Source: the human T2T-CHM13v2.0 reference genome, Homo sapiens
Assembly (NCBI RefSeq): GCF_009914755.1
Contig: NC_060929.1
Length of the DNA: 64,000 nt
Strand: one strand, 5' to 3'
Both the position numbers and the translations under genes were made by a program. Shown in pieces: positions 26,094-41,006 of this stretch; position 1 is the first letter of the stretch, and the number at the start of each line of letters is the position of its first letter. The notes beneath the pieces were generated by a model, which had not been told where the DNA came from, did not search any database, and saw only the letters and a program-made list of their open reading frames with translations.

Positions 26094-26496
26094 TGATATG
26101 GTCTGCCTGTGCCCCCACCCAAATCTCACCTTGAATTGTAGTTCCCATAATCCCCACGTCATGAAAGGGACCTCATGAGAGGAGATAAGATTATGGGGGC
26201 GGTTACCCTTATGCTGTTCTCGTGACAGTGAGTGAGTTCTCACATCTGATGGTTTTATCACCAGCTTTTCCCCCTGTGCTCTGTACTTCTCTCTCCTGCT
26301 GCCATATGAAGAAGGATATGTTTGCTTCCCCTTCTGCCACAATTATGTTTCCTGAGGCCTCCCTAGCCATGTGGAATTGTGAGTCAATTAAACCTCTTTC
26401 CTTTATAGGTAATTTCTATATTATCTGTAGAGGCAGTTATAAATAACTGCCAGTCTCAGGCAGTGATTTATAGCAGCATGAGAATGGACTAATACA
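26094..26496 (+). mobile_element. THE1-family (MaLR) solo LTR
   Basis: TGATATGG...ACTAATACA termini; perfect 5-bp TSD gtaca (26089-26093, 26497-26501). Confidence 0.92.
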
Positions 26497-27716
26497 GTAC
26501 ATTTCATACCAAAAAAAACCCCAAAAACCAAGCAAACAAAAAACCTTCATTTAAAAAAAAATCTCTGTGGAGTAAGAATTTTATGGTGAGATGGTTAGAA
26601 AAAATAAAGGAGAAGAAAGATGCTAGATGGATGAATGCAGATTTAACATAGCTAGAATATAAAAATTTGATAAATGAGGATGTCACCTGAACTTAAATTT
26701 TCTTCTATTGTATTCATGAAGAACTTTGTCCCATGGCTCAATAATGTTCTATTGTTAAGATAATAATTGTAAGATACTACACTATGATTTTGTTGGTTTT
26801 TCACAATTAGGCAAAAGGTCAAGCATGAAAGTTGCAATTTAGGCCAATGAATTTATAGACATAATTTATGATCTTTCAACATTATATCTTTCAACATTAT
26901 GTTCTAAGCTTCTACTGAATTTAGTTCAGTTCAATTTCATGCACTACAATTCAATCCAATAGAGGTGTCCAATCCAGGAGCTGGGAAAACAAAGTTGAGT
27001 AAGACATCATCTGTGTTCTCAAGGAGTATAAAAAGTTAGTACTATGCTTTTTTATTTCAGTGCAATTTATAAGTTATCTTTATTTCTTAAAACTTTTATA
27101 GATATTAGGTTACATATCATGAATACAGAATGCAATCAAATAATAATGTTAATGACATGAATTTCTCAAACATACTAAGGACCTCTTTCTGAGATCAGTA
27201 GTAATAGCTGGTTAGTCTAAACTCAGGAGTAAAAACATATGGGTGTAATGAAGAACAGCATCGTAGCTTAAAGTGTTCTTCATGCTACAAACATTTGCAC
27301 GGGTTATGGAAGGTGTGGTTAAGGAGAATGTAAACAGCAGTTATAATGGATAACTCCAAAGTCAAACAGGAATAAAAGTTGTATATTAAAAATATAAGTC
27401 CTTATTATGTCATCCTCATATGTCAGGGCTAAGACCCACTATACAATTGATACTACCCCAATTTGAAAAACTTTTATCTCAACTACTTCATCTATTCCAA
27501 AACTAAAAGCAGAATGTAAATAACTAGAAAAAGAATTTGCTAATATGTTTTGGTTATAAAATAAGACTATATTAAAAAATATATGAGTACCTATTGAAGA
27601 GACATTGTTAAAATGTATGTATATGTCTTTAAAATTATTACATATTTTAGCAGGTATTAGGCCTAATATCCATATTTAAGTTCTTTAAATTTAAATGCAA
27701 AATAGTTCTTACATAC

Positions 27717-27763
27717 CTGTGTAACTGTTCATCTTTATAGTTTCTTAGATTTACATTTGGCCA
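27717..27763 (-). CDS. RICTOR: RICTOR exon 19
   Basis: 47 nt, WPNVNLRNYKDEQLH. Confidence 0.97.
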
Positions 27764-27886
27764 CTAGAAAAACATAATATGTTATATTACATATGTACTT
27801 ATCAATTCTCACACATATAAGATAATTACGTTATAATTAATAGTAAAATTAAAGACAAGCCATTACCATGAAGTATCTTTTCATAC

Positions 27887-27988
27887 CTTAAGAATGGTCC
27901 CTATAAGATTCCAATTCCATTCAAGATTCTCTTTATGTTGAAGGACTTGGCTATCTCTAAGGTTAATTAAAAGAGCTTCCTCTGTATC
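27887..27988 (-). CDS. RICTOR: RICTOR exon 18
   Basis: 102 nt, DTEEALL...WNWNLIGTILK. Confidence 0.98.
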
Positions 27989-28277
27989 CTAAAATCATCA
28001 GAAAGTAATAAGAAAAATTAAGGCAAACTGTCCTCATATCAGAAAACTAAGTTCAAATTTGAAAAAATGAAAGGCAGCTTTTCCATTTAAGGATAGATCA
28101 AGGTTTTTTAACTTTAAAGTTATAAAAACCCATCTCCAAATTATAAAACTCAGAAGCCATCTGAAAATTCATATGCATGAAGAGAAGTGTAAACTCAAAT
28201 ACATGCATACTAAAATCCAGTGGTTAAGGAATTAAGATGTTGTGTTTAAGATGAAAATCATGATTTCATGTCAGCAC

Positions 28278-28443
28278 CTTAAGGATAAATATATCTTTCT
28301 GAACTCGGAGATACTGATCCCGTTTCTGGTGTGTTGCAATTGCTTTCTGAATAATGTGGTCTAAATGAAGACTATAAGGCTTAGGTCCTCGTTTCTTCAT
28401 TTCATGGAAGCGTTTTAAACAGTTCAAGGCTGCACTGGCTCGC
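28278..28443 (-). CDS. RICTOR: RICTOR exon 17
   Basis: 166 nt, RASAALNCL...KDIFILK. Confidence 0.98.
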
Positions 28444-30193
28444 CTAATGAGAAAAACAATTCAATCAATACAGTAGCAAGACCAATATAATTTAAGAGAT
28501 TACCTTGGTAAATTATTAAAGCTTACGTAAGATCAAGGCTAGAAATTATTATTGATAAAGTAAATTATTTCATCAAATTTGGAGAGACAAATACAAAAAA
28601 TAACACTACTGATTTATATAAAGACACACTGATTATTTAGATGCAATTGAACATGTACTTACTAAACTTTTCTTCTATGGTGGTAGGTATTTTTTGTATA
28701 TTGGTTTTAAGAACTACAAGGTCAGAAACCTAGTTTTCTATATTTTCTTATCGAAATTTTAAAGCTTTGCTTTTCACGTATAAATCCTTAATCCGCCTGA
28801 AACTTATTTTTGTTTATGATATGAGGTTGAAATAATTTCACTGTACTCCCATATGGATAATCAATGATCCCAGTATCAACTGAACAGTCTCTATTTTCCA
28901 CATTGGTCTGTAACTGTAAATGGTATATTTTTATAAATTATATTTAATTCTTTGTGGTAAATACAAGTGCCACTTTCAAGAATTTGGTAGCAAGTCTCAC
29001 CTTCAGAATTTCTAGTAAGTGGAATTTTTAAATATTGGGATGTGCTGACTGGCAAGTATTTATCAATAAAGAAAGCTTACTGAGCTAAAGATAAAACTAT
29101 TTTAAGAGGACTATTCTTACTGGAATTCTGAAGATAAATTTGAATTCCTGATAAACCCTGGAATTTGTGGCCATAATCTAACCCAGAGTTTAGGTCTATC
29201 AGGTATTGGGAAAGTACATTCTTCCATCATGAAACTACTAATATAAAAGCTAAAAGCTACTATTACTGATGTAAGCCTAGAGACAGAACTGAGATAACTC
29301 CTAATGCCCTCAGTTTATAAGACAACTTTGGTCTGTTAAACAGTATTTCCAAAGGCAGAATGAAAATTAACAGATTATTAAGCGTACTTTATTATTAAAG
29401 CTAAGTAAACTTTTCAAAAATGTACTATAACTCTTAACAAAAATACATAGTTTTGAATAGCTAAAAAACTCCATTTCACTAACATCAAGCAAAAAAATAA
29501 AATCGTCCATGTATGTTTTTGATCATAATAACAAAATAAAAAAACAACCACAAAAAGACATTCCTAGCGTAGATATAATCTTTGCCAAGTCAAACTAAGT
29601 TCCTTCTAGCACTTCCCAATTGAACCCTTCCATCATTACCTTTTATATATATTTTATTATTAGCACTGGAATTCCAGCAGAGCTACAATTGTATTACCAT
29701 AATTTTGTTCGTAAATTCTATGTTTGCAGTATCTCCTTTAGTAGCAGGAGTTCAGCTTATTGCTATGTGGCCCAGTAGTACTTGTTACTAAATTGCAACA
29801 TTTTTAACCACGCAAATAAAAGAATATATTAATACTGTAAAGCTTTATTTGAAATAGTTCATAGACATAAAAAAAAGAGCCAGAATTGCTGCTCATGACA
29901 TAAAGGAGTCCAAAAACCTCTCAGCTAACATTTTTAGTAATATGATAACCATTCTATGTCCTTGTCTACAAACATGCTAGAAAAAAGTGATTTTATTACA
30001 CTATTAGTATTTTGCAGCCTAAAAGACAAATTATTAAATATTTTTAGAACTATTAATTTTTCCTTTAGCAAATTCCTTAAAAGAATTTCCCACCATAACC
30101 TATCCATACTATTTTTTTTAAAAAGAAGAGACAATAATCTAATTTGATATTAAATATATCAAACAAAAGCTTTGCTAAAGCTCTGATACTTAC

Positions 30194-30294
30194 AGTCTCT
30201 TTTCCTTGGGGATATCAAAGGATGCAGCCATATTCATTAGGGTTGGCAAGCAGTGTAAATGATGGCTATGTGAATGAGGAAGAATTGTGTTTGC
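30194..30294 (-). CDS. RICTOR: RICTOR exon 16
   Basis: 101 nt, ANTILPHSHSHHLHCLP...KEKR. Confidence 0.98.
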
Positions 30295-32042
30295 CTAAAA
30301 TGAAGCATAACATTTTACATGAGTTTTCAGAAGTAGAAAGAGTTTATGTCACAGATTACCTGCACATATAATGCTGTATTCAAGACTATTACAAATTCTG
30401 AGGTTTTACTCATAAAATTAACTTATTTTCCCCAATACATGCTTATTTATATTTTTATCATATCTATAATACTTTCAACAAGGATGGAATATAAAGATAC
30501 ACACATATTAACATAACCATTAAGTTTCATAGATTCTTTATTATAATATTATGGTTTTAAGTGGTACCCAGTTAAACTCAATTCTTAAATGCCAGAAGGG
30601 ATTATATGTCAAAACATTACAGGAATCAACCTAAGTTATGTTTAAAATAACATTTAAAATGCTAGATGCCATATCCAAATTTATGAGTTGACTTCTTAAG
30701 TTTTAAAAACTACTTTCTCAAAATAGATGTGTCCCATATGCCATAATCTTTAAAATAAGAAATATTAATTTCTACTTTCCAAACAAAAACCTCACCACCC
30801 AACCAGCTATCAATGAAGACAAGTACATCGATCAAATGTGGAAGATAGAAAATGTAAGAATAATAAGCAAAATAACCAGCTCTTTTATTTCAAGAAAATT
30901 ATAGAATTCTAGGTATGGGACAAGGGAAAAAGATAAAATGTATAGAGATTCCTTCATATAAAAGCAAATAACTCTGAATATTGGTATTCTTGAACAGGAA
31001 ATGGTATCTTTTAAGAATTAAAAGACAAATAATCAGACCTGAAAGCCTCTGACTCTATATAATTCTTTCACAGATGGGCCAAAAAAGAACAGAGCAAGCA
31101 GCTAAATAATTCACTGATTTAAAAAAAGAAAGTTAAATTAAATTCTGCTTAATGCTCTTTACCTCACTCACATAGCCCAGTTGCTATGAAGGGAAAACAA
31201 GGGTGGGGAGGAGGGGAAGAGATCAAGAAAGAAAAACCTAAACAAAAAACATCTGCTAAAAATAGCAAACTGTGACATAATTTCAAAAGATTTGCCATAG
31301 AATCAATTCTTCCTTAATGAGTTTTAAATGGTTCTTTTTATTTTGTATTTACTAACTAGTAAGTAATCTAAAAATATAAATTCCTACCTTGCAAACTATC
31401 AGGGATCCCTCATTGATTGATTTGCTGACAGTAAGAATTGTCAAATCACTTTCCTAGCTCCTACTTTCCAAAAGTTACTGTAATCACAAAATCATGGTGA
31501 AAAGAAAAACAAAAAAAACAAAACAAAACAAAAAAAACCCATCTTCTGAACCTCAAACTACAAGTTTATAGAAAAGACTATAATGTTCAACCAAGACTAC
31601 ATTTAAAGCTTCTGCACAAAGCTTTCTAAAATTCAGGCACTGACTACCATGTATCAAGTACATTCTTAGCAGACTGAAGTAGTATCCATAGTTTTGCAAT
31701 TTCTTGCTTCTTAGGAAGTCTTTCTGAGATCAATTAAGATTTACAGGACGAAAATGTCAACTTTGAAAGTGAGTGTAAAAATCAACATTTCAGTACTTTG
31801 CATGTTGTATATTTATTCCATTTACAAAACCAATCAAAATATGCATGTGCATGCGCATGCGCGCACGTACATATCTATCTCAGGATACAGTACCAAGGGC
31901 TTTTTCTAATGCAAAGATAAACATTTATAAGAAATGCAAATTTATTTTTGAGATAATACAAAGCAACACTATTAAAATAACTTGTTTTATAAATTCAAAC
32001 ATTAAAGGTATGAAACATATAATCAGAAGTTGCTAAACTTAC

Positions 32043-32123
32043 CATATGTAAAAGCTCTCCTAAAAGGATGGTAGCTCTAACTGAGATATGATCATCACTG
32101 TTTGTTATCACTTCAACTAGACC
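32043..32123 (-). CDS. RICTOR: RICTOR exon 15
   Basis: 81 nt, GLVEVIT...GELLHM. Confidence 0.98.
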
Positions 32124-32203
32124 CTTTGAAAATAAAAAGATAACACCACTGTTGCAAAATAATACATATGAAAACATTTATGCATCAGATTTATTTTTCA
32201 AAA

Positions 32204-32502
<299 letters not shown>

Positions 32503-32563
32503 ATGAAAGAATCTGTTAGAGAAAATAAACAAAATGGAATAAAATAAGGTTTATAAGTCTTAC

Positions 32564-32630
32564 CTCTAAAAGTCCATTACGAATAAATGCAGAGAGTATC
32601 AGTGCCAAATAATTATCCATGAGGTCTGGC
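32564..32630 (-). CDS. RICTOR: RICTOR exon 14
   Basis: 67 nt, PDLMDNYLAL...NGLLE. Confidence 0.98.
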
Positions 32631-32739
32631 CTGGAAAAAACAGCACAGAAACAATTTAAATAAAGTTTCATAGATTACACAGTCTAACATAAAAACCCGA
32701 ATTCTAATAAATTGAAACCCTTTTTATTTTAAATTCTAC

Positions 32740-32830
32740 CTGGATCTGGCACGATGAGGAAGAATAGTTTTTGCCTCAGCTGCCACAAAGCCATCTGAAA
32801 GCCTCCAACTGTCTTGGAACCTCCCTGGAT
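32740..32830 (-). CDS. RICTOR: RICTOR exon 13
   Basis: 91 nt, PGRFQDSWRL...HRARS. Confidence 0.98.
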
Positions 32831-33345
32831 CTAAATTAGTTAAAATATGGTAGGGAAAAGATTAGATATCACTGAAACATTTCAGATAAGTATAAAACCA
32901 TCAGCTAGCCAGGCTATAAAGAACTTTAAAAAGTGCTGGTTAAATACCATACATTCAAAAAGATACAGACAAAAATTAGTTATGTAAATACACGCAGATC
33001 TAATTTTCTTCATTTTGGGACTTCGGTACTTTAAGTCATTTGGCTCAAATAAGATGAGAATTAGATAATCTGAGGATTACATAGGTTTCTTACTGTCTCC
33101 TCTCTTCCTTTTTTGGCCCATTCCTATTAATTTAATTGCTCTTAGAGCCAAGGTGATAAAGAAGAAATTAAAATTTCTCAGTCTTAGGAACTTGAGGTTT
33201 TATTTTTATATTAATTTCCTGTCACAATTATGCAGCAAGAAAAGAAAATAGTGTTCAATAATTTAGTATTTCTCCTTTTAGGAACTGTCTCCATTAAATA
33301 AAAATTACAATATATGAAAAGATACAAATGTACTTCAATACTTAC

Positions 33346-33433
33346 CTACACTGAGTAGTGCTTCTATGAACTCCTCAGTCACAACAGGTAGAGGAAGACG
33401 AAATATATCATAAAGCACTTCAAGTAGACCTCG
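33346..33433 (-). CDS. RICTOR: RICTOR exon 12
   Basis: 88 nt, RGLLEVLYDIF...ALLSV. Confidence 0.98.
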
Positions 33434-33897
33434 CTAAATTAGCAAACAAATACACCTCATTTATTTTTATGAAACACTTTTAAGATTTTTAAATGTCCTA
33501 TTCACATTTTTTAAAATGATAAAAACAGAACTATTAATACAATGACATGTCACATAACAATATTTTAGTCAATGATGGACCATATATACGATGGTCGTTC
33601 CCTAAGATTATGATGAAGCTGAAAAATTCCTATCGCCTAGTGAAACTGTAGCAGCAGTCATATTGTCTGTCACAGGGCAATATTACTGAACTGTTTGTGG
33701 TGATGCTGGAGTAAACAAACCCACTGCACTGCCAGTTGTTTAAAAGCATTATATATGGAATTATGTAAAATTACATAATACCTGATAATGATAATAAATG
33801 ACTATGTTACTGGTTTACATATTTACTATACTATACCTTTTACCATTATCTTAGAGTGTACTTCTATACTTTAAAAAACAAAACAAAAAAAAAAAAA

Positions 33898-34157
33898 GCC
33901 CTTTGGGAAGCCAAGGTGGGAGGACTGCTTGAGGCCAGAATTTTGAGACTAGGAACATAGTGAAACCCCATCTCTACAAAAAATTTAAAAATTCACTGGG
34001 TGTGGTGGCACGTTCCTGTAGTCCTAGCTACTCGGGAGGCTGGGGCAAGAGGATCACTTGAGTCGAGGAGTTCGAGGATGCAGTGAGCTATGATCATTCC
34101 ACTGCACTCTAGCCTGGGTGACAGCAAGACCCTGCCTCTTAAAAAAAAAAAAAAAAA
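33898..34157 (+). mobile_element. AluJ-like, 5'-truncated
   Basis: Sense Alu with A-tail inside Tigger3. Confidence 0.9.
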
Positions 34158-34368
34158 GTTAACTGTAAAACAGCCTCAGGTAGGTATTCCATAACAAGAC
34201 ATGGTTATCACATGACAGCTTCATTCATGTATACTGCCCCTGGAGACATTCCAGTATACTGCCCCTGGAGACATTCCAGACATACAAGGTATGGAGGTGG
34301 AAGACAGTGATACTGATGATCCTAACCCTGTATAGGCCTAGGCTAGTGTGTGTTTGGCGGGGGAGGAG

Positions 34369-34702
<334 letters not shown>

Positions 34703-35036
34703 TAAAAAAATTTAAAAACAGAAAAATCTTATAGAATAAGGATATAAAATCAAAAAAATTTTGAACACCTATACAATGTGTTTGTGTTTTAAGCTAAATA
34801 TTATTGCAAAAGAGTCAAAAGTTTAAAAAATTTGAAAATTATAAACTAAAAAGGTTACAGTAAGCTAATTATTTTTGAAGAAAAGAATTTTAATAAATTA
34901 AATGTAGCCTAAGTATACAAGTCTGTAAAGTCTACAGTAAGTGTACAGTCATGTCCTAGGTCTTAACATTCACTCACTTCTCACACATTGACTCATCCAG
35001 AGCTACTATTAGTCCCATAAGCTCCATGCACTGTAA

Positions 35037-35363
<327 letters not shown>

Positions 35364-36406
35364 AGTATTTTTAATCTTTTATACTGTATTTTTATTGTAC
35401 CTTTTCTATGTTTAGATGTTTAGATACACGAATTCCATTGTGTTACAACTGCCTACAGTACTCAGTACAGTAACATGCTATACAGGTTTGTAGCTTAGAA
35501 GCAACAGGCTATACCACATAACCTAGGTGTGTAGTAGGCTGTACCATCTAGGTCTGTGTAAGTACTCTGGGATGTTCACAGGATGAAATCATCTAACAGT
35601 GAGTTTCTTAGAACACATTCCTATCATTAACCAATGCATGATTATACCATATTTTGAAACTGTATAAGGCCTATATTAGAGAAGGGATAACTAAATGCTT
35701 ACTACTACATACATCACTTAATCTAGTCATTAAATTTTTCATTAACCTAATTGTGCAAAAAAGCAATTGTCCCAAGGTCATGGAGCTAACAAAAAAGTAA
35801 ATAAAACCAGAGGTTAAACTCCAGTTGGTCAGACTCTCCAAAGACCATGTTCTTTTTCCACCTATTACAGTAAGAAGTGAATTATCTCAAGTTTGTTACC
35901 TGCTTACAGATCTTTCCATTTATAATTATATCCTTCCATTTCCATTATCTAAATACTTTTTATTTCACATTTAAACAAGGCACACCTGGCTAATATTTTC
36001 TAATAATATTTTTCACCTCCAGGTTTGGTTCATATAAGGAAGGGCAAAAGAAAGAAACAAAATTAAAACAAATAAAAACATTTAAGGAGAAAGGAAAAAA
36101 ATCACTTTAAGAATTCTCTTTTCCTTCAAATTCGATTTAACTGTATAATACAAATTCTTACAAATAATTTAGAAATATACCTAATAAATATAGAAATATT
36201 AACAATTCCATTTTAATCAAAACCACCATCGTTAAAATAAAATCTCACCACATATTACAAAACATAAGTTAGAAGGCATAAATACATTTACCTTTTGTTA
36301 AACGTAGTCTGTAGTGCTTGAACCTTTTATAGTGAGAATGCCCTTGTGTGTTGTTTATATTGTTTTAATGAATAAAGCATAATAAAGTTCATATTTTCAA
36401 CTCAAC

Positions 36407-37080
<674 letters not shown>

Positions 37081-37278
37081 ACAACAGCAATATTTTAAAT
37101 GATTCCTATTATATTTAGGGTTTAACTAAGTAGTAAATATTTACTTCTGTATTTTAAAAATATGATCTAGATTAACAACTAATGAGGAAAACACATCACC
37201 TGAAATAATTTATTTTTTATAATTAATTCCCACTGTTAAAGGTCCAGGAATGAAACAATCCTAATAACTTTTACCTAC

Positions 37279-37361
37279 CCTTATTTCCATATTTGGTATG
37301 CAAAGTACTCCTATTAGAGACTGGATCCCAGAATTTCCAGGTTTACATAAATTAATAATAC
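37279..37361 (-). CDS. RICTOR: RICTOR exon 11
   Basis: 83 nt, IINLCKPGNSG...NMEIR. Confidence 0.98.
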
Positions 37362-37859
37362 CTAAAGAGGACAGAAAGAAAAAAAAATCACTGACATGAA
37401 TTTCAAAAAAATTTCTATGGCAATGTATAATATAAAACTTGTCATATTTTTCTAGGCAAAATTATATGATTATGATACTATTTGGTCATCATAAGAACTA
37501 TTATATAACTGAAATATATTTGAAGCATACTCTGTATTTCTCTATTGATTAGAGATTACCAATAATTTCGTCATTTAAATTCCATCTTCAGTATCTGTTT
37601 AATACCCAGAAAGTTCATGAGTCTGACTGCCTGACGAACTCTTCTCTGGGAGTAAGAACACGGGAGAAAAATCAGACAATGGTCTGTCTCCCCTCTTTTA
37701 TACTCCTCACTTTAAAGTGAAAAACTCTACTTGGCATTTATTAAAGTTCAATTCTAAAATATACTGAATGCACATGAGTATAAGTAATAGACTTCAAATA
37801 AATTATATGATTCAAAATTTTTAAGTTACAGAACTAAGTTGAACAATTTTAAACATATT

Positions 37860-38950
37860 AAAATCATGTCACAAAAGACGTATGAATAGCCAATAAACAC
37901 ACACAAAGTGCTCAATATCATTAGTCATCAGGGAAATGCAAACTATATTAATAACAAGAAATCAAAATATACCTACTAGAATGGCTAAAATTAAAGACTC
38001 ACAACACCAAATACTGACAAGGATGCAGAACAACTGGGAGTCACATATGCTGATGATGGGAGTATAAAATAGTGTAAGTATTTTGGGAAAAAGTCTGGCA
38101 GTTTCTCATGGACACAAACATACATCCAATCTCAGACCCAGCAATTCCATTTAGGTATTTACGCAAGAGAAATGAAAACTCATGTCCACAAAAAAAGTTT
38201 GTATGGAATTGCTCAAAGAAGCTTTATCTTTGATAAAGGAGCTTTGAATAGTCAAATCTAGTAACAGAAGGGCAAAAAAAAAAAAAAGAACAACAAAAAC
38301 TGAAATGTTCATTGCATGAAATATTATAAAAAAGAAGAACATATTACTGATATATACAATAACATAAATGAGTATCAAAATCATTCTGTCAAGTGAAAGA
38401 AGCCTTACAAAAAAAAGCCTTATCAGTATGATTCCACTAATATTAAGTTTCAGAATAGGCAAAACTAAGCCACAAAAATAATGGTGGTTCCTTCTTAGGA
38501 GTACGGAGTCAAAAACTGACTAGGAAAGAGTATAAGAGAACTTTCTGGGGCAATGATAATGTTCTATATATTGAAAAGGGTTTGAATTACAAAGGTGTAA
38601 GCATTTGTCAAAACGCATCAAACAGTAGACTAATGATGTGTGCATTTCACTGTATGTAAATTTTACCTCAAATCTCTCCCCCCGACAACAAATCAGGACC
38701 ATAAACAGACATCTAGTTCTAGTTAATAATGTGCATGCTGCAGTGTTCAGGAGTGAAGAGGACTATGTCTGCAACTTCCTTTAAGATATATTAGAATAAC
38801 ATAGATGGACTGATGAACGCCCAGTGGGATGGACAGATATATAATACAGCAAATACAGTAAAATCTAGGTGGAAGTATATGGGTGTTCACTGTATAGTTT
38901 TTTCAATTTTTCTGTATGTTTCAAATTTTTTATGACATGTTAGGGAAAAC
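37860..38950 (+). mobile_element. Old L1 (L1M) 3' portion
   Basis: cattagtcatcagggaaatgcaaa, gacccagcaattcca, old-L1 3'UTR motifs. Confidence 0.75.
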
Positions 38951-39401
38951 ATTCTTTAAAATGTCTTATAGGACTCCAAAGTTCCCTGTACTTCCAGCTA
39001 AGCGTACAGATATTTATGAACAGTCTCTATGTTCTCTTTAGATTCAGGATCAAAATTCAAATCGAAACATACTAGGTAAGCTTATTTGCTTAAAGTATCA
39101 AAATACTATTTCGCAAATTTTGATGTCTGAGAGTAGTTTGAGAAATTACAGATAAGATATAGTCTCAAAAGATCATACTCTGTGCTAATATGGAAAACAG
39201 GCTGTTGCACCTCATTAAAAAATGTGTTCTAAAAGATCATTTTTCAATCAGTTATTTGGAACTGGAAATACATCACAGAAATAATGTTACAAGTACACAA
39301 AAGTTTATTTAACTTATAAACGGTACTACAGAATATAAATATTATTTAGGAAGTTATTTCCACGAGACAAATGCTTTCAAGGTTTTAACTTATAATGCTG
39401 A

Positions 39402-39726
<325 letters not shown>

Positions 39727-40360
39727 CCACCCCTCTAAGTTTCTAATGATGAATCATTATAAAAGGGCTCCAGGGGAAATTGAAACACAGTAAAAAAAAA
39801 TGTTTAAGAGCAATAAGGAAAGACTGGCAGAAACAGACATCATTACAGGAAGCGTAGAGTCTGGACGTAGGAAGAATAAGGAGATAGTAGCTAGGATGCA
39901 GGATAGAATTAATTTTTTTGGTAAGATACAAACAGCTCTAATGACAAGGAAGATGAGGAGTGGTAAAGGAAGATGACTGTAACTACAGAAAACAAAGTAC
40001 TGGGGAGCTGATGAAGTATTTAAAAAAAGTATGTATGACTGTTGAGTCATCATAGAATCCTATGGTTGTCCATCAGCATAAGGAAAATAGGTATTTATGA
40101 GGTATAGCAAGGCAGAGCTTTTTACCAAGCTGCTAAGAGATCAGAGAAAATCCCTGGAAACATACTGGTTAGGGGCCAAGTGGCCTTCCCATACAAATGG
40201 CTGGAGTAAACATTTGTATGGAAAAGGTATTTTTAAGTTAGGGTTACCTAGGTACACAGAAATGTTTAGGTGAATTTCCTTTTTTTGCTTATTGCTACTT
40301 CTTTTCCATGCTACCCCTTCACAATAATACTAAATCAAGAAGGAAGAAGATAATCATTAA

Positions 40361-40430
40361 TACATTGGGTACAAAAGTAATTGCGGTTTTTGCCATTACT
40401 CTCAATTACTCTTAATGGCAAAACCCCAAT
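40361..40430. mobile_element. MADE1 (Hsmar1 MITE), one arm truncated
   Basis: caaaagtaattgcggtttttgccatta...taatggcaaaacc. Confidence 0.88.
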
Positions 40431-40938
40431 GTTATTAACAACACATTTAATGGTGGTATTATTTTAAAAACAATACTTACTTTTTATTCCATGGAAAGAT
40501 AAAACATGCACAATCCCTATTCTCAAGAAATTTGGAACTATTAATGGCCTATCTTGCTTATTTTGTATCTATGACACTACACTGTACTTTAAGTAACAAA
40601 CTTTAGTTACATACACAGCTAACACTCAAGTTTTGTAGGTTTTTTTGGTAAAGATCATGCTTAAATTTTTTTAATTGCCCAGGTAATCATTAGCACAGTG
40701 ACTGGCAAATAATAAATATGTGTATACTGATCATAATATTAGCTAATTCCTATTGACTATTACAAATTTCCTTCACCATATTTTAATAATTTTGTACGAG
40801 TTCCTTTGGTTCTAATAATAATATACAAAGTAAGACTAGATTAGCATCTGAATTAGGTGCTACAATAATAATTTAACATTTGAAAAAGCAGTCTAGTTTT
40901 TCTTCTTGGATGTTATAAAGCAATGTAGAGTAACCTAC

Positions 40939-41006
40939 CTGCCCATGATCGGAATGTTGCTATGATTCCCATTTTACTGGCTAGAAATCGTGCTTCTCTG
41001 TCTTCT
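40939..41006 (-). CDS. RICTOR: RICTOR exon 10
   Basis: 68 nt, EDREARFLASKMGIIATFRSWA. Confidence 0.98.
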
